From the human T2T-CHM13v2.0 reference genome, Homo sapiens: DNA of 64,000 bases. The first letter of the stretch is position 1. Each line of letters begins with the position of its first letter. The notes under the pieces are model-generated. The model was given only the letters and a program-made list of their open reading frames with translations. It had not been told where the DNA came from and searched no databases. The DNA is taken from assembly GCF_009914755.1 (NCBI RefSeq), contig NC_060929.1, one strand, 5' to 3'. Below, one piece after another: positions 48,352 to 61,974 of the stretch. A program made the position numbers and the translations under genes.

Positions 48352-48440
48352 ATCACATGAATGATTACTTAGATGGAGAAACTGTTTACAGACTATCTGT
48401 ATCGCAGATTACAACTAAAAACTGAACAAAACACAAAAAG

Positions 48441-48622
48441 CATCTAAGGTCGGAGTCTGGGTTGAAGATACTGATTGGAAGATCTCAGTATAAATATCAA
48501 AATTAAAGACAGATAAGGACAGGTAAAATGAAGAGTGCTGACATTAGGTAGGTAAGAGAGGGAGATAACTAACAGCCCCCCTCAAAAAAAAAAAAAAAAA
48601 AGGAAGAAGAAGAAAAGTGAGA
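48441..48622 (+). repeat. dispersed copy of 46404-46581
   Basis: core about 91% identical by eye. Confidence 0.92.
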
Positions 48623-49740
48623 GAAATACACGAAGAAGCTCTGTGGAAAGTTAGCAACAGCAGGCAGTACAAGAGGGCAGCCAAAATTTGAAGAATGGCC
48701 TGTACAGAAGTGAGTCCCACATTTCCTGCCTCCCCGACTCTTCATCTTCCAGCTTTAACCTGAGGGCAGATATGATGTGAAACAAGCATAAGCAGCAAGA
48801 ACTCTGAGGGAAACCCTGTTATTCTGTCCAGAGGAAGGAAAATAGGGCCCCTGCAAGCTGGAGAGAGTGTGGCAATTGCTGTTTTTTTTCCTATTCTCTC
48901 AGTTTTGTGCCAAGGGTGGCCCCAGTCACAGAGCTGCACTGAGGTGGTGAAGGTGCAGGGGCTTAAAACTCCAAGAGAAAACCCATCTTTATGACCAGAG
49001 AAACTGGTAAACCTGAGAAAGGGGATCCTGAGTCCAAAAAGTGTGAAGGGAATCATTTTTTCTCTCTCTCTACTCTGAGGATGGCTCTAGTCATGTAGAT
49101 CTGCGTGGCAGTGTAGACAGCTACAACTCCAGTAGAAACCCATCTTTCTAGCCAGAGGACCAGAAAAGTGGGGCTCTGGGGACTAGAGAGTGTGGGGTAA
49201 AACATGAAGAGGAGACAGCTGGAGAAGGGGACCCTTTAATTCTGTGACTGTGAAATCACAAGTCTCAGGCCCCACTCCTGAGTTATGCATAAGCAAGACG
49301 GATGCAAAGTGGGATAGCAAAGGCTTTAAAACCTGAACTGTGATTTAAAAACAATAGCAGCAGCAACAACAAAAGAACACCTGAGTCCCAGCCTAACCCC
49401 TGAGAGGGACAAGCATGGGACAAATCCAATGCAGCAGAGCAAATGCTCTGAAAACTGAACTCACTGGAGCCACAACTCATAGAAAGTGAGACATAACTTG
49501 CAGTCCAAACTTCACACACACACCCCAGAGATTTTTTAACACCTTCATAAATCACAACATAATGTTCAAAATACCCAGGATGTAATCTAAAATTATTTGA
49601 CATACAAAGAACCAGATAAACGTTCCCAATTCTTAAGGAAAAAATTCAGCAATATATAAAAAGGATTATACAAGATGGTCAAGTGAAAGTTATGTCAGAA
49701 ATGCAAGACTATTTCAGCATTTGAAAATCAATCAGTGTAA

Positions 49741-50040
<300 letters not shown>

Positions 50041-50170
50041 AATCAATGTAAGAGAACTGAAAACTTACATTCACACAAAACCCTGTATGCAAACATTTAT
50101 AGTGGCTTTACTCACAGCAGTATAGGAAACAACTCAAATAGTCTTGAACTGTTGGATAAACAAAGACTAG

Positions 50171-50516
<346 letters not shown>

Positions 50517-51087
50517 ACAAAAGAAACTCTTGTTACACACAATAATATAGGTGAATCTTGAAAGCATTATACCAGATTTAAAAAGCCAGTCTCAAATGCT
50601 ACCTACTGGATAATTTCATTTATATGATATTCTGGAGAAGGTGAAACTCTAGAGATGGAAAACAGATTAATGCATGCCAAGAACTGGGGAGTGGGGAGGT
50701 CTTGATTACAAAGGGGCAGTATGAGAGGATTTTTTTGGGTCACAGAACTGGTTTGGTTTGTGTGTTGGTTGGGGTGGGGTTACATGACTCCGTTTTCTTC
50801 ATTTGTCAAAACTCATAGATCTGTACACAAAAAGTGATTTTCATCTTATGTAAAATAAAAATAAATTACAATTTTAGAAAAGTCACAAGTTGAGTGCTGG
50901 ATAGGAAAATGAATGGAGAGATAGCTGAAACAAGAATAGCAATATGTAGATAATAGTTGAAGCTGGGTAATGAGTACATGGAGGATAATTATACTATTCT
51001 GTTTACTTTGTATAGGTGTGAAATTTTCCACTATAAAATTTTTTTAAAAGAACATCTATAAAAGACCTACACCTAACATCATACTTA

Positions 51088-51576
<489 letters not shown>

Positions 51577-51996
51577 TTACATGATTGTCTATATGGAAAA
51601 TCCCAAAGAATCAACAGAAAAGCTCCTGATACTAATAAGTGATTATATAATGCAAGGTTGCAGATACAAAGTTAACACAAAAAAGTCACTAGAAAATCTT
51701 GACTTATGACAAATGAAGATTGAATCAGTAATCAAAAAATGTGCAAGAAAAATAGCCTAGGACCAGATAGCTTCACTGATGAATCCTATCAAATGATTAA
51801 AGAAGAGTTAACACTAATCCTTCTCAAACTCTTTCAAAAATAGAGAACAGAACAGTTAGATAAGAAAACTATAGACCCATATCATTATAAATGTAGATGC
51901 AAAAATCCTAAACAAAATATTAGCAAATTGAGTCCAGCAGCATAATAAAAAGATTTGACACCATGAACCCAGTGACATTTACCCCAGGAACACAAG

Positions 51997-52128
51997 GGTG
52001 AATCTCAAAAGCATTATATCAGATTTAAAATGCCAGTCTCAAAATGCTACATACTGGATGATTTCATTTATACAATATTCCGGAGAAGGCAAAGCTATAG
52101 AGATGGAAAACAGATTAATGCATGCCAA
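51997..52128 (+). repeat. dispersed copy of 50550-50680 inserted in L1 ORF2
   Basis: about 89% identical by eye; the flanks rejoin as L1 ORF2. Confidence 0.92.
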
Positions 52129-52274
52129 CATACACAAATTAATCAATGGAATACACTGAATTAATAGAATAAAGGGAAAGATCCACATGATTACCTTGAT
52201 TGATTCAGAAAAAAAGCATTTGACAAAATCCAATGCTCTTTCATGATACAAACAAAGGAAGCTGCTGTCTTCCC

Positions 52275-52613
52275 TCCTCCCTGAGCTTGCCTTAGGACAC
52301 CGCCATTACTGTTTTATAGTTGTACTGCCCCAGTCAAACTTCCCATCTGGCACTGTCTATGTAACTGGTCATGTCCAGCTGCTGCAGCCAGGCACTTAGT
52401 ATCAGGAATGAGAGTCCTTTGGGACTCAACTCCCTGCCTCATCTGGTCAGTGAAAATACTATTGTTTCACCTAGGCAGGATTTTGACCTGGAGGCGCTCA
52501 GTTATAATCTCACAGATGGCAGCTTCACTCCATTGGTTCCTTAGCCATGCACACACACCAAACGTTTGAGCCTGGAGTACTGAGCAGGATTACCATGGCA
52601 ACAACACATTATC
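52275..52613 (-). pseudogene. 28S rRNA fragments (P-loop region and sarcin-ricin loop region)
   Basis: GCCTTAGGACAC, GCCCCAGTCAAAC and GTACTGAGCAGGATTACCATGGCAACAACAC are reverse complements of 28S segments. Confidence 0.88.
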
Positions 52614-53072
52614 GGACCATCTCATCATGGTCCAAATTAACTGAATGTCTCTACTTGAATAATTGATCTCACCCCCCTTCCCTTCTTGGGCCACAAGTCC
52701 CAGTAGCCCCGTATTTATTCTAGGCATAAAGGTTTTTTTCATTCTGGCATTCAGCCTGATGGTTGGCTCACGGCTTTTTCACAGTAGTGAAACTTACAGG
52801 GTGACACTTTCTGTAGGTAAACAACTCCAAGTCGACTTTCTAAGCTAGGCAAAGAGCCATGAAGAAACAGGCCTACTTACATAGCACATGAGGAAAATCA
52901 CAATAGTCATTAGTCTTTCATTCATATATACACATTGACAACAAAGAATTACAAGATATATGCCAGCACCCTGAAAGAAAAGATAAGAGAACAATAAAAG
53001 GAAAATAAATTAACAATTCTAAGTTATATCTGAAAGATTTTGAAGATGTGCATCTATAAAAGAATGATATGT

Positions 53073-53372
53073 GGCCGGGTGTGGTGGCTCACACCCGTCA
53101 TCCCAGAACTTTGGGAGGCGGAGGCGGGTGGATCATGAGATCAAGAGATTGAGACCATCCTGGCCAACATGATGAAACCCCATCTGTACTAAAAATACAA
53201 AAATTAGCTGAGTGTGTTGGCACGTGCCTGTAGTCCCAGCTACTCAGGAGGCTGAGGCAGGAGAATCACTTGAACCGGGAGGTAGAGGTTGCAGTGAGTC
53301 GAGATTGCACCACTGCACTCCAGCCTGGTGACAGGGTGAGAGACTGCCTCAAAAAAAAAAAAAAAAAAAAAA
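53073..53372 (+). mobile_element. AluSc
   Basis: TCAAGAGATTGAGACCATCCTGGCC; CCTGGTGACA. Confidence 0.9.
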
Positions 53373-53469
53373 ATTTAAATGCATCTATGAATTGGCAAAG
53401 AAGGACTTAACTCCCAGGCCGAAACCAAAGTGAGGATGGGTACTCAGGGAAGTAAACTCTATGGACACA

Positions 53470-54035
53470 AATCTACAGATTCAGAAACCAAATGACATGC
53501 AAGCAGGAAAAATAATAATAAAATTTTAGAACACAAAAATAAAAGGGAAGATATTAAAAGCAGCCAGAAAAAAACTCACAACATGTTATCATTAAGCAAG
53601 TAATAAGCAGACTGACAGCTGACTTTCAGCAGCAAAAAATGGAAGCCAAAAGTAACAGAATGAACAGAATTCTATACTTCAGGGAAGTATCTTAAAGAAC
53701 GAGGTCTGCTGGCTACAATTTCTTCAGCTTTCATTTCTATAAAAATGTCTTATTTTACCTTCATTTTATAATCATTTTTATAGGATATGAGATTCTAGGT
53801 TGTCATTTATTCTTCTTTCAATACTATAATATCCCCCATTCTCTCTGATTTGCATTAAGTTTGAGGAGAAATCAGCCATTATTCTTATTAGTGTTCCTCT
53901 GTGTGTAAGATGTCTTCTGTCTCTGACTGCTTTTACTTTTTTATCATTCTTTTTCAGTAATTTGACTACAATGTGAGTAGCTATCATTTCATTTTACTTG
54001 TTTTTTTGTTTAAGTTATTGGATTTGGTGAGATTG
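53470..54035. mobile_element. two convergent L1 ORF1 remnants (+ to ~53703, then -)
   Basis: minus ORF 53778-53987 HIVVKLLK...IRIMADFSS; plus strand AAAGCAGCCAG...GACTGACAGCTGAC. Confidence 0.65.
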
Positions 54036-54039
54036 ATTA

Positions 54040-54527
<488 letters not shown>

Positions 54528-54740
54528 TCACTAAACAAGCCTACTAACAAATGTAGCTACCTACAACAAATCTACGTAACTCCAAGGGCAGGTCAGTAGT
54601 TCTTGGAAAATACTTCTTGACACAAACCTCTGAATATTACAGGAAAGCTCTCAGTGGTTTTTTTTTTTTTTTTTGTAAAATCATTTAGAAACTCAAATTT
54701 TGCATGCCAAATAAAGCACAACTTAAAATTTGTGGTAAAC

Positions 54741-55020
<280 letters not shown>

Positions 55021-55834
55021 TTAATATATTTTAACATTAATTGTTTATTTTCTATTCAAAGATTGAGGGCAAACCCAGTGCTTCAGATTTTCAAAGTATT
55101 TGGGCCAACAACTTCTCCACTAAAAGAATCTCATCAGGTGCCAATTAAACTTGTGGCTTATAATTTCCATTTTAATTGTGAACAAGTCTGATTTTATATA
55201 TTTGAGGTATATAATTCTATTTCATTGTTATCGCTTCTTGCTCTGCATTCAGCCTTAACCAATACAAAGATCATGACCTCTGCTTTTCTTTAGCCAACCG
55301 TTATTATTTTTAGACATTTTACGTCACTTTATTTATGTTCAGTATATAGTTAATATATCTATCAGATACTAGAAACTGTTGTAGTTATTTCAACAGAAAG
55401 GAATTCAGTACAGGGACCTTGGCACTTATAAATCTCTGTAAGGGCTGGAGGATCAGGCTCTAAGGTGCACCTCCCTGGAATGACTCTCAAAACAATCTAA
55501 CAAAACTAGCCTACTTGGGGAAGTGCTGTCTCTAACACAACTGGTAATGAGCTGTTGCATCTGAAAGCTGCCCCTGCCGCTCTTGGCTCTAGAAATTCAC
55601 CACCTTATCTGTATTCCAGGCATTGGAACTGCCACAAAACCCATCACATCCAGGAACAAACTATAATACCATAACTACAATCCAGCGACCAGGAATCTGC
55701 TGCCAGAACCTTTATGGAGCCATGCTACACCTGCTCCATCTACACTGATAAATATGAATACCCTGTGTCCCTCTTCTCAACACCTTTGGAGCATGGTCCT
55801 CGGGGTCTTTTATGCAGCTACAAAAACAAACAAT

Positions 55835-56030
55835 GGGCAGGGAGCAGTGGCTCACACTTGTAATCCCAGCACTTTGGGAGGCTGAGGCAGGAGGACTGCT
55901 TGAGGCAAGGGGTTCAAGAGTGGTCTGGGCAACATAGCATGACCCCCGTCTCTATTAAAGAAAAAAAAAAAGAAAAAAAAGAAAAGAATAGAAGAAAGAA
56001 AGAAAGAAAGAAAGAAAAGGAAAACAACAA
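55835..56030 (+). mobile_element. FLAM monomer with a (GAAA)n tail
   Basis: left monomer followed by an A/GAAA tail. Confidence 0.85.
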
Positions 56031-56109
56031 ACAACCCCGTGCCTCCATAACCATGCTTATTAATAGAAGCAGCAGAGAGATTCAGAAACATGACCACATT
56101 CACATGTCC

Positions 56110-56545
56110 ACCTTCCAAATTTGACTCATAAAATTAAAGAATTAACCATGTGATCCAGAAATTCTACTGCTAGGCATTTACCCAAGAAAAATAAAAACTT
56201 TTCCATCTAGGACTTTCTTTTTTGCCCGTGAATGTTCTCAAATACTGCTTGTTGGATATGACATGGTACAACCCATTGGAAAATTCTTTGATAGTTTCTT
56301 CCAAAGTTAAGTGTATATCTGTCCTATAACACAACAAAATGCATCGATCTCAAAAACACAATATTAAGCATAAAAGAGCATGACTTCCTTTATATGAATA
56401 GCTAAAACAGGCCAAAGTAATCTATGGTGGTAGAGGTAAAAATAATGGTTACCTTTGGGGAATTATTAAGTAGAAGAGACATGAGGTAGCTTTTTCGGAT
56501 GCTGAACATATTTTATATCTTGTTCTGAGAGGTTGTTCTAAGAAT
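56110..56545 (+). mobile_element. L1ME-like 3' end fragments
   Basis: GATCCAGAAATTCTACTGCTAGGCATTTACCCAAG; AATAATGGTTACCTTTGGGG. Confidence 0.65.
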
Positions 56546-56548
56546 TCA

Positions 56549-56992
<444 letters not shown>

Positions 56993-56995
<3 letters not shown>

Positions 56996-57301
56996 TATAT
57001 GTACATATATACATATATATGTGTATGTGTATACACGTGTATGTGTGTATACACGTGTATGTGTATACACGTGTATGTGTATATACATATATGTATATGT
57101 GTATATACATATGTGTATGTGTACATATATGTGTATGTGTATACATATATGTGTATGTGTATATACATATGTGTATGTGTACATATATGTGTGTGTATAT
57201 ACGTATATATGTGTATGTGTATGTATATATATGTGTATATACACATATATACACACATATATATACATATATACACACATATATACATACATACATATAT
57301 A

Positions 57302-57348
<47 letters not shown>
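56993..57348. repeat. compound alternating purine-pyrimidine microsatellite (TA/TG then TA/CA)
   Basis: direct observation. Confidence 0.97.
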
Positions 57349-57350
<2 letters not shown>

Positions 57351-57700
57351 GAGGCCAAGAGAGACTTGACAAGCTCTCCACACTACACATCTCTGGCTAA
57401 CTGTAGACTGCATGCATGTACAGGGAGACCTGAGAGGGCCTAGTAAGAAGTAAGACCTGGGACAGACTTCAAAACTACCTGAGTTTGAATGTACTCATAA
57501 ACTCACATATAAACCCATTGACAGGGGTTGGAAATCCTATTGGCTTTAGGAATTTTGGTACAGCCTCAGACTGATCAGTGGCTGACCGCCAGGTTATGCA
57601 GGGGACAACACCTAGGAAGCAAGTTAAAACATAAGAAGAAATATTTTTTTTAAAATGTAGCAGGGACATTAATGCCCACACCACAGGGGAGGCAGGTTCA
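57349..57700 (+). mobile_element. old L1M 5'-region fragment
   Basis: CATCTCTGGCTAACTGTAGACTGCATGCATGTACAGGGAGACCTGAGAGGGCC. Confidence 0.55.
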
Positions 57701-57701
57701 G

Positions 57702-57990
57702 TTATCAGTCTACTGCCTCTTGGCTCCAAATTCACCCTGTGAAAATGAATCTGAGTACTTTAAATATTTTTCCTTTGCCAGATGGCACAATGTCAAAATT
57801 TGTCAGTAGAAGGTGCTGGAGAATCATTACAACAGGAAAGGATTTTCCTTCCTGGTTGTGGTGTCTTTCACTGGGCAGCTCTGGTAGAATGCATGGTTTC
57901 ACCAGAATACAGCCCCTGTAGTGTACACGCTTGCCTAACACCATGCTTCTGTAGCATGGGCAGCTTCTCTAGTGCTAGGATACTGCACAG
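57702..57990. mobile_element. LTR41/LTR33-like ERVL LTR fragment
   Basis: GCTCCAAATTCACCCT...TCCTTTGCCAGATGGCACAATG...GTCAGTAGAAGGTGCTGGAG. Confidence 0.6.
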
Positions 57991-58442
57991 CATGTCATAC
58001 AAAGATATAAAAGTCTTGAGCAACATTGTCAACCTGAGGGACATTTAAAAACACTCCACCCAACAGCATAATACACATTCTTTTCTAGTGCACACAGAAC
58101 AGTCTTCAGAATAGAGCATATGCTAGGCTGTAAAACAAGTCTCAATGAATTTAAAAGAACTGAAATTATACATAGTATGTTTTCTAACCAACACAAATTA
58201 TAAATCAATAACAAAAAGAAATTTGGACCTGTATCATAGGTGAGACATCTACTTCTATGCAGCCTTGCCCAACACTATGAGAAATAAATGAAGTGTTTCT
58301 CACAGTGGTTAGAGGAAAATATGTACATTAAGTGACAATATCAGAAAACAAAAAGTCTCAACAATGTAAATTCTACCTTAAACTAGAAGAAAAGAGCAAA
58401 TTAAATCCAAAGCAAGCAGAACAAAAGAAATAATAAAATCAG

Positions 58443-58818
<376 letters not shown>

Positions 58819-58898
58819 TCAACACATTTGATAAATCTTTATCTAGATCAACCAAAGAAAAAAGTAGGCACAAATTACCAATATTGAGATTGAAAGAA

Positions 58899-59165
58899 GC
58901 TTTGGGAGGCCACGGTGGGAAGATCATTTGAAGCCAAGAGTTCAAGACCAGCCTGGGCAGCATAGTGAGACCCTGTTTCTACAAAGAATTTTAAAAATTC
59001 GTTAGGCATGGTGGAATATCCCTGTAGTCCCAGCTACTCAGGAGGCTGAGGTGGGAAGATATCTTGAGCTCAGGAGTTCAAGGCTGCAGTGAGCTATGAT
59101 CACGCCACTGTTCTCCAGCCTAGGTGACAGCAAGACCCTGTCTCAAAAAAATTAAAAAAAAAAAA
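58899..59165 (+). mobile_element. 5'-truncated AluJ
   Basis: TSD ATTGAAAGA. Confidence 0.88.
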
Positions 59166-59745
59166 TTGAAAGAGGGAACATCACTACTGACATTACAGAA
59201 ATTGAAAGGATAATAAGGCATTTTAACACTTTTTTGCCAACAAATTATAAATTACATATTTACATATGAATTATATACTTGCAACATATAAAGATTACAC
59301 ACCATAATCGTGTGGACTTTATCCTAGAAATATCACATAATCACATCATTTCAAAGCATTTGGAAAATCCAGCATTAATTTATGATGAAAACTGTCAATA
59401 ATCTAAGAATATAAGGGCATTTCCTTACCTATTAAAGGGTGTCTTAAAAACTACAATATCAGCAAAATGTAGAGCTAGACTCATACTTAATGGTGAATCA
59501 CTGATTGTTTTCCCCAAGGATCGGAAACAAGACAAGGATGTCTGTTCTTATCACTTCTATTCAACATTGTACTGAAGGTTCTAGTCAATGCAATGAGAAA
59601 AGAAAAAATAAAGGCATACAGATTAGAAGGAAAGAAAGAAAACTGCTCCTGTTGATAGACCATGTGATCCTATATGTAGAAAATCCAAAAGTATCAACAT
59701 ACAAGCTACCAGAACTAGTTTAGCAAGGTCTCAGAACAAAAGGAT

Positions 59746-60539
59746 GGGGTACCGCTATAAAGATGCCCAAAAATGTGGAAGCAACTTTGGAACTGGGTAA
59801 CAGGCAGAGGTTGGAACAGTTTGGGGTGCTCAGAAGACAGGAAAGATGTGGGAAAGTTTAGAATTTCCTAGAGACTTGTTGAATGGTTTTGACCAAAATG
59901 CTGCCAGTCTCTTTGCTAAATCTTTCCAATAACTTCCTCATCTTCATCTGAGATCACCTCAGCCTGGACTTCATTGTTCACATCACTATCCGCATTTTGG
60001 TCAAAACCATTCAACAAGTCTCTAGGAAGTTCCAAACTTTCCCACACCTTCTTATCTTCTTCTGAGGCCTCCAAACTGTTCCAACCTCTGCCTATTACCC
60101 AGTTCCAAAGTTGCTTCCACATTTTTGGGCATCTCTATAGCAGTACCACCCTCTCAGTGGCACCAATTTACTGTATTAGTCCGTTCTCACACTGCTATAA
60201 AGAACTGCCCGAGACTAGGTAATTTATTAAAAAAAAAAAAAAAAGAGGTTTAATTGACTCACAGTTCTGCATGACTGGGGAGGTCTCAAGAAATTTACAA
60301 TCATGGCAGAAGGGGAAGCAGGCACTTTCTTCACAAGGTAACAGGATAGAGTGTGTGCAAGAACGAGGAAGTGCCACACTTTAAAACCATCAGCTCTGGT
60401 GAGAACTCACTATCAAGAGAATAGCATGTGGGAAACCACCTCCATGATCCAGTTATCTCTCACCTGGTCCCTCCCCTGACATGTGGGGATTATAATTTGA
60501 GATGAGATTTGGGTGGGGACACAAAGCCAAACCATATCA
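59746..60539 (-). mobile_element. THE1D LTR (60172-60539) with a truncated, fold-back-duplicated internal stub
   Basis: TGTATTAGTCCGTTCTCACACTGC...AACCATATCA; internal minus ORF MWKQLWNWVIGRGWNSLE; flanks AGGAT/AAGAT. Confidence 0.88.
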
Positions 60540-61384
60540 AAGATCAGTATACAAAAATAATTGTAGGTTTCTACGTACAAACAAGCAGTCCAAAAATAAA
60601 AATAAAAAACATTTCCTTTCCCAATAGCATCAAAAAGAATACTTTTGGAATAAATTTAACAAAGAAGTGCAAAACCAGTAGAACACAATACTGAAAGAAG
60701 ACCTAACTAAATAGACATTCCATATTCACAGACAGGAAGCCTCAGTATTGTCAAATGACAATTCTTCCTAAATTGACCTATGAATTCAATGCAATCCCTA
60801 TCACAATCCTGGTGGAGTTTCTTAAGAAATGGATAAGCAGATCCAGAAAGTGAAAAGAACCCAATAGTTAAAACAATTGGAAAAGTAGAATAAATCTGCA
60901 TGGCTTATACTACCCAATTTTAAAACTAACAAAACTACAGTAAGTAAGACAGTGTATCAAAGAGAGTCCAGAAATAAATCTTTCAACATATGGTCATTTG
61001 AATTTTGACAAAGGTGCTAAACAATTTAATGGGGGAATGTATAGTCTTTTCAATGAGTGGTGCTAGAACAATTTGATACCATATGAAGGAAAAAAATATA
61101 TAGACCCATACATAAAATACACAAATATAATTAAGGAGGGATCAAAGACCTAAATATAAGATCTAAAACTATGAAATTTCTGGAAGAAAACACAGGATAA
61201 AATCTTTGTGATCTTGGATTAAACAAAGATTGCTTGGTTGTGACACTAAAAACATAATACACAAAATAAAACATTGATAATTCGAACTTCATCAAAATAA
61301 AAACATTTTACTCTTTAAAAGATATCATTAAAAAATGAAAATAAAAGTTACAGATTGGGCAGAAATATTTGCAAGTCATATGTC

Positions 61385-61466
61385 CAGATTTGCAACTAGA
61401 ATTACAAAGATTAGAATTACAACTAGAATTGCAAAAATTACAGATTTGCAACTAGAATTACAAAGA
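61385..61466 (+). repeat. 26-bp direct repeat with a mosaic spacer
   Basis: CAGATTTGCAACTAGAATTACAAAGA at 61385 and 61441. Confidence 0.9.
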
Positions 61467-61785
61467 GTTCTTACAACTGTATAACAAAAGATAAATGTCT
61501 TAATTTGAAATGACAAAACATTTGAATATTTGAATAGACATTTCATCAGAGAAGAAATATGAATGGCCAATAAGCATACTAAAAGTTGCTGAACATTATT
61601 AGCCATTAGGGAAATGCAAATGAAAACCACAATGAGATACCATTACATACCCACTAGGATGGCTATAATCAAAAAGGATAATACTGAGTGTTGGTAAGGA
61701 TATGGAGCAAATATAATGCTCTCACATCACTGGTGGGAATGTAAAATGGTACAGCCTCATTGGAAAACAGTTTGGCAGTTTCCTA

Positions 61786-61974
<189 letters not shown>

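Noticed and set aside
53470-54035. Possible inverted duplication of L1 ORF1
   Set aside because: The two arms are too diverged; more likely two different old elements.
55378-55800. Possible old LTR fragment
   Set aside because: Only a vague resemblance; I cannot assign a family.
57804-57817. CTCF motif typical of LTR41
   Set aside because: The core is degenerate (AGAAGGTGC rather than AGAGGGCGC).
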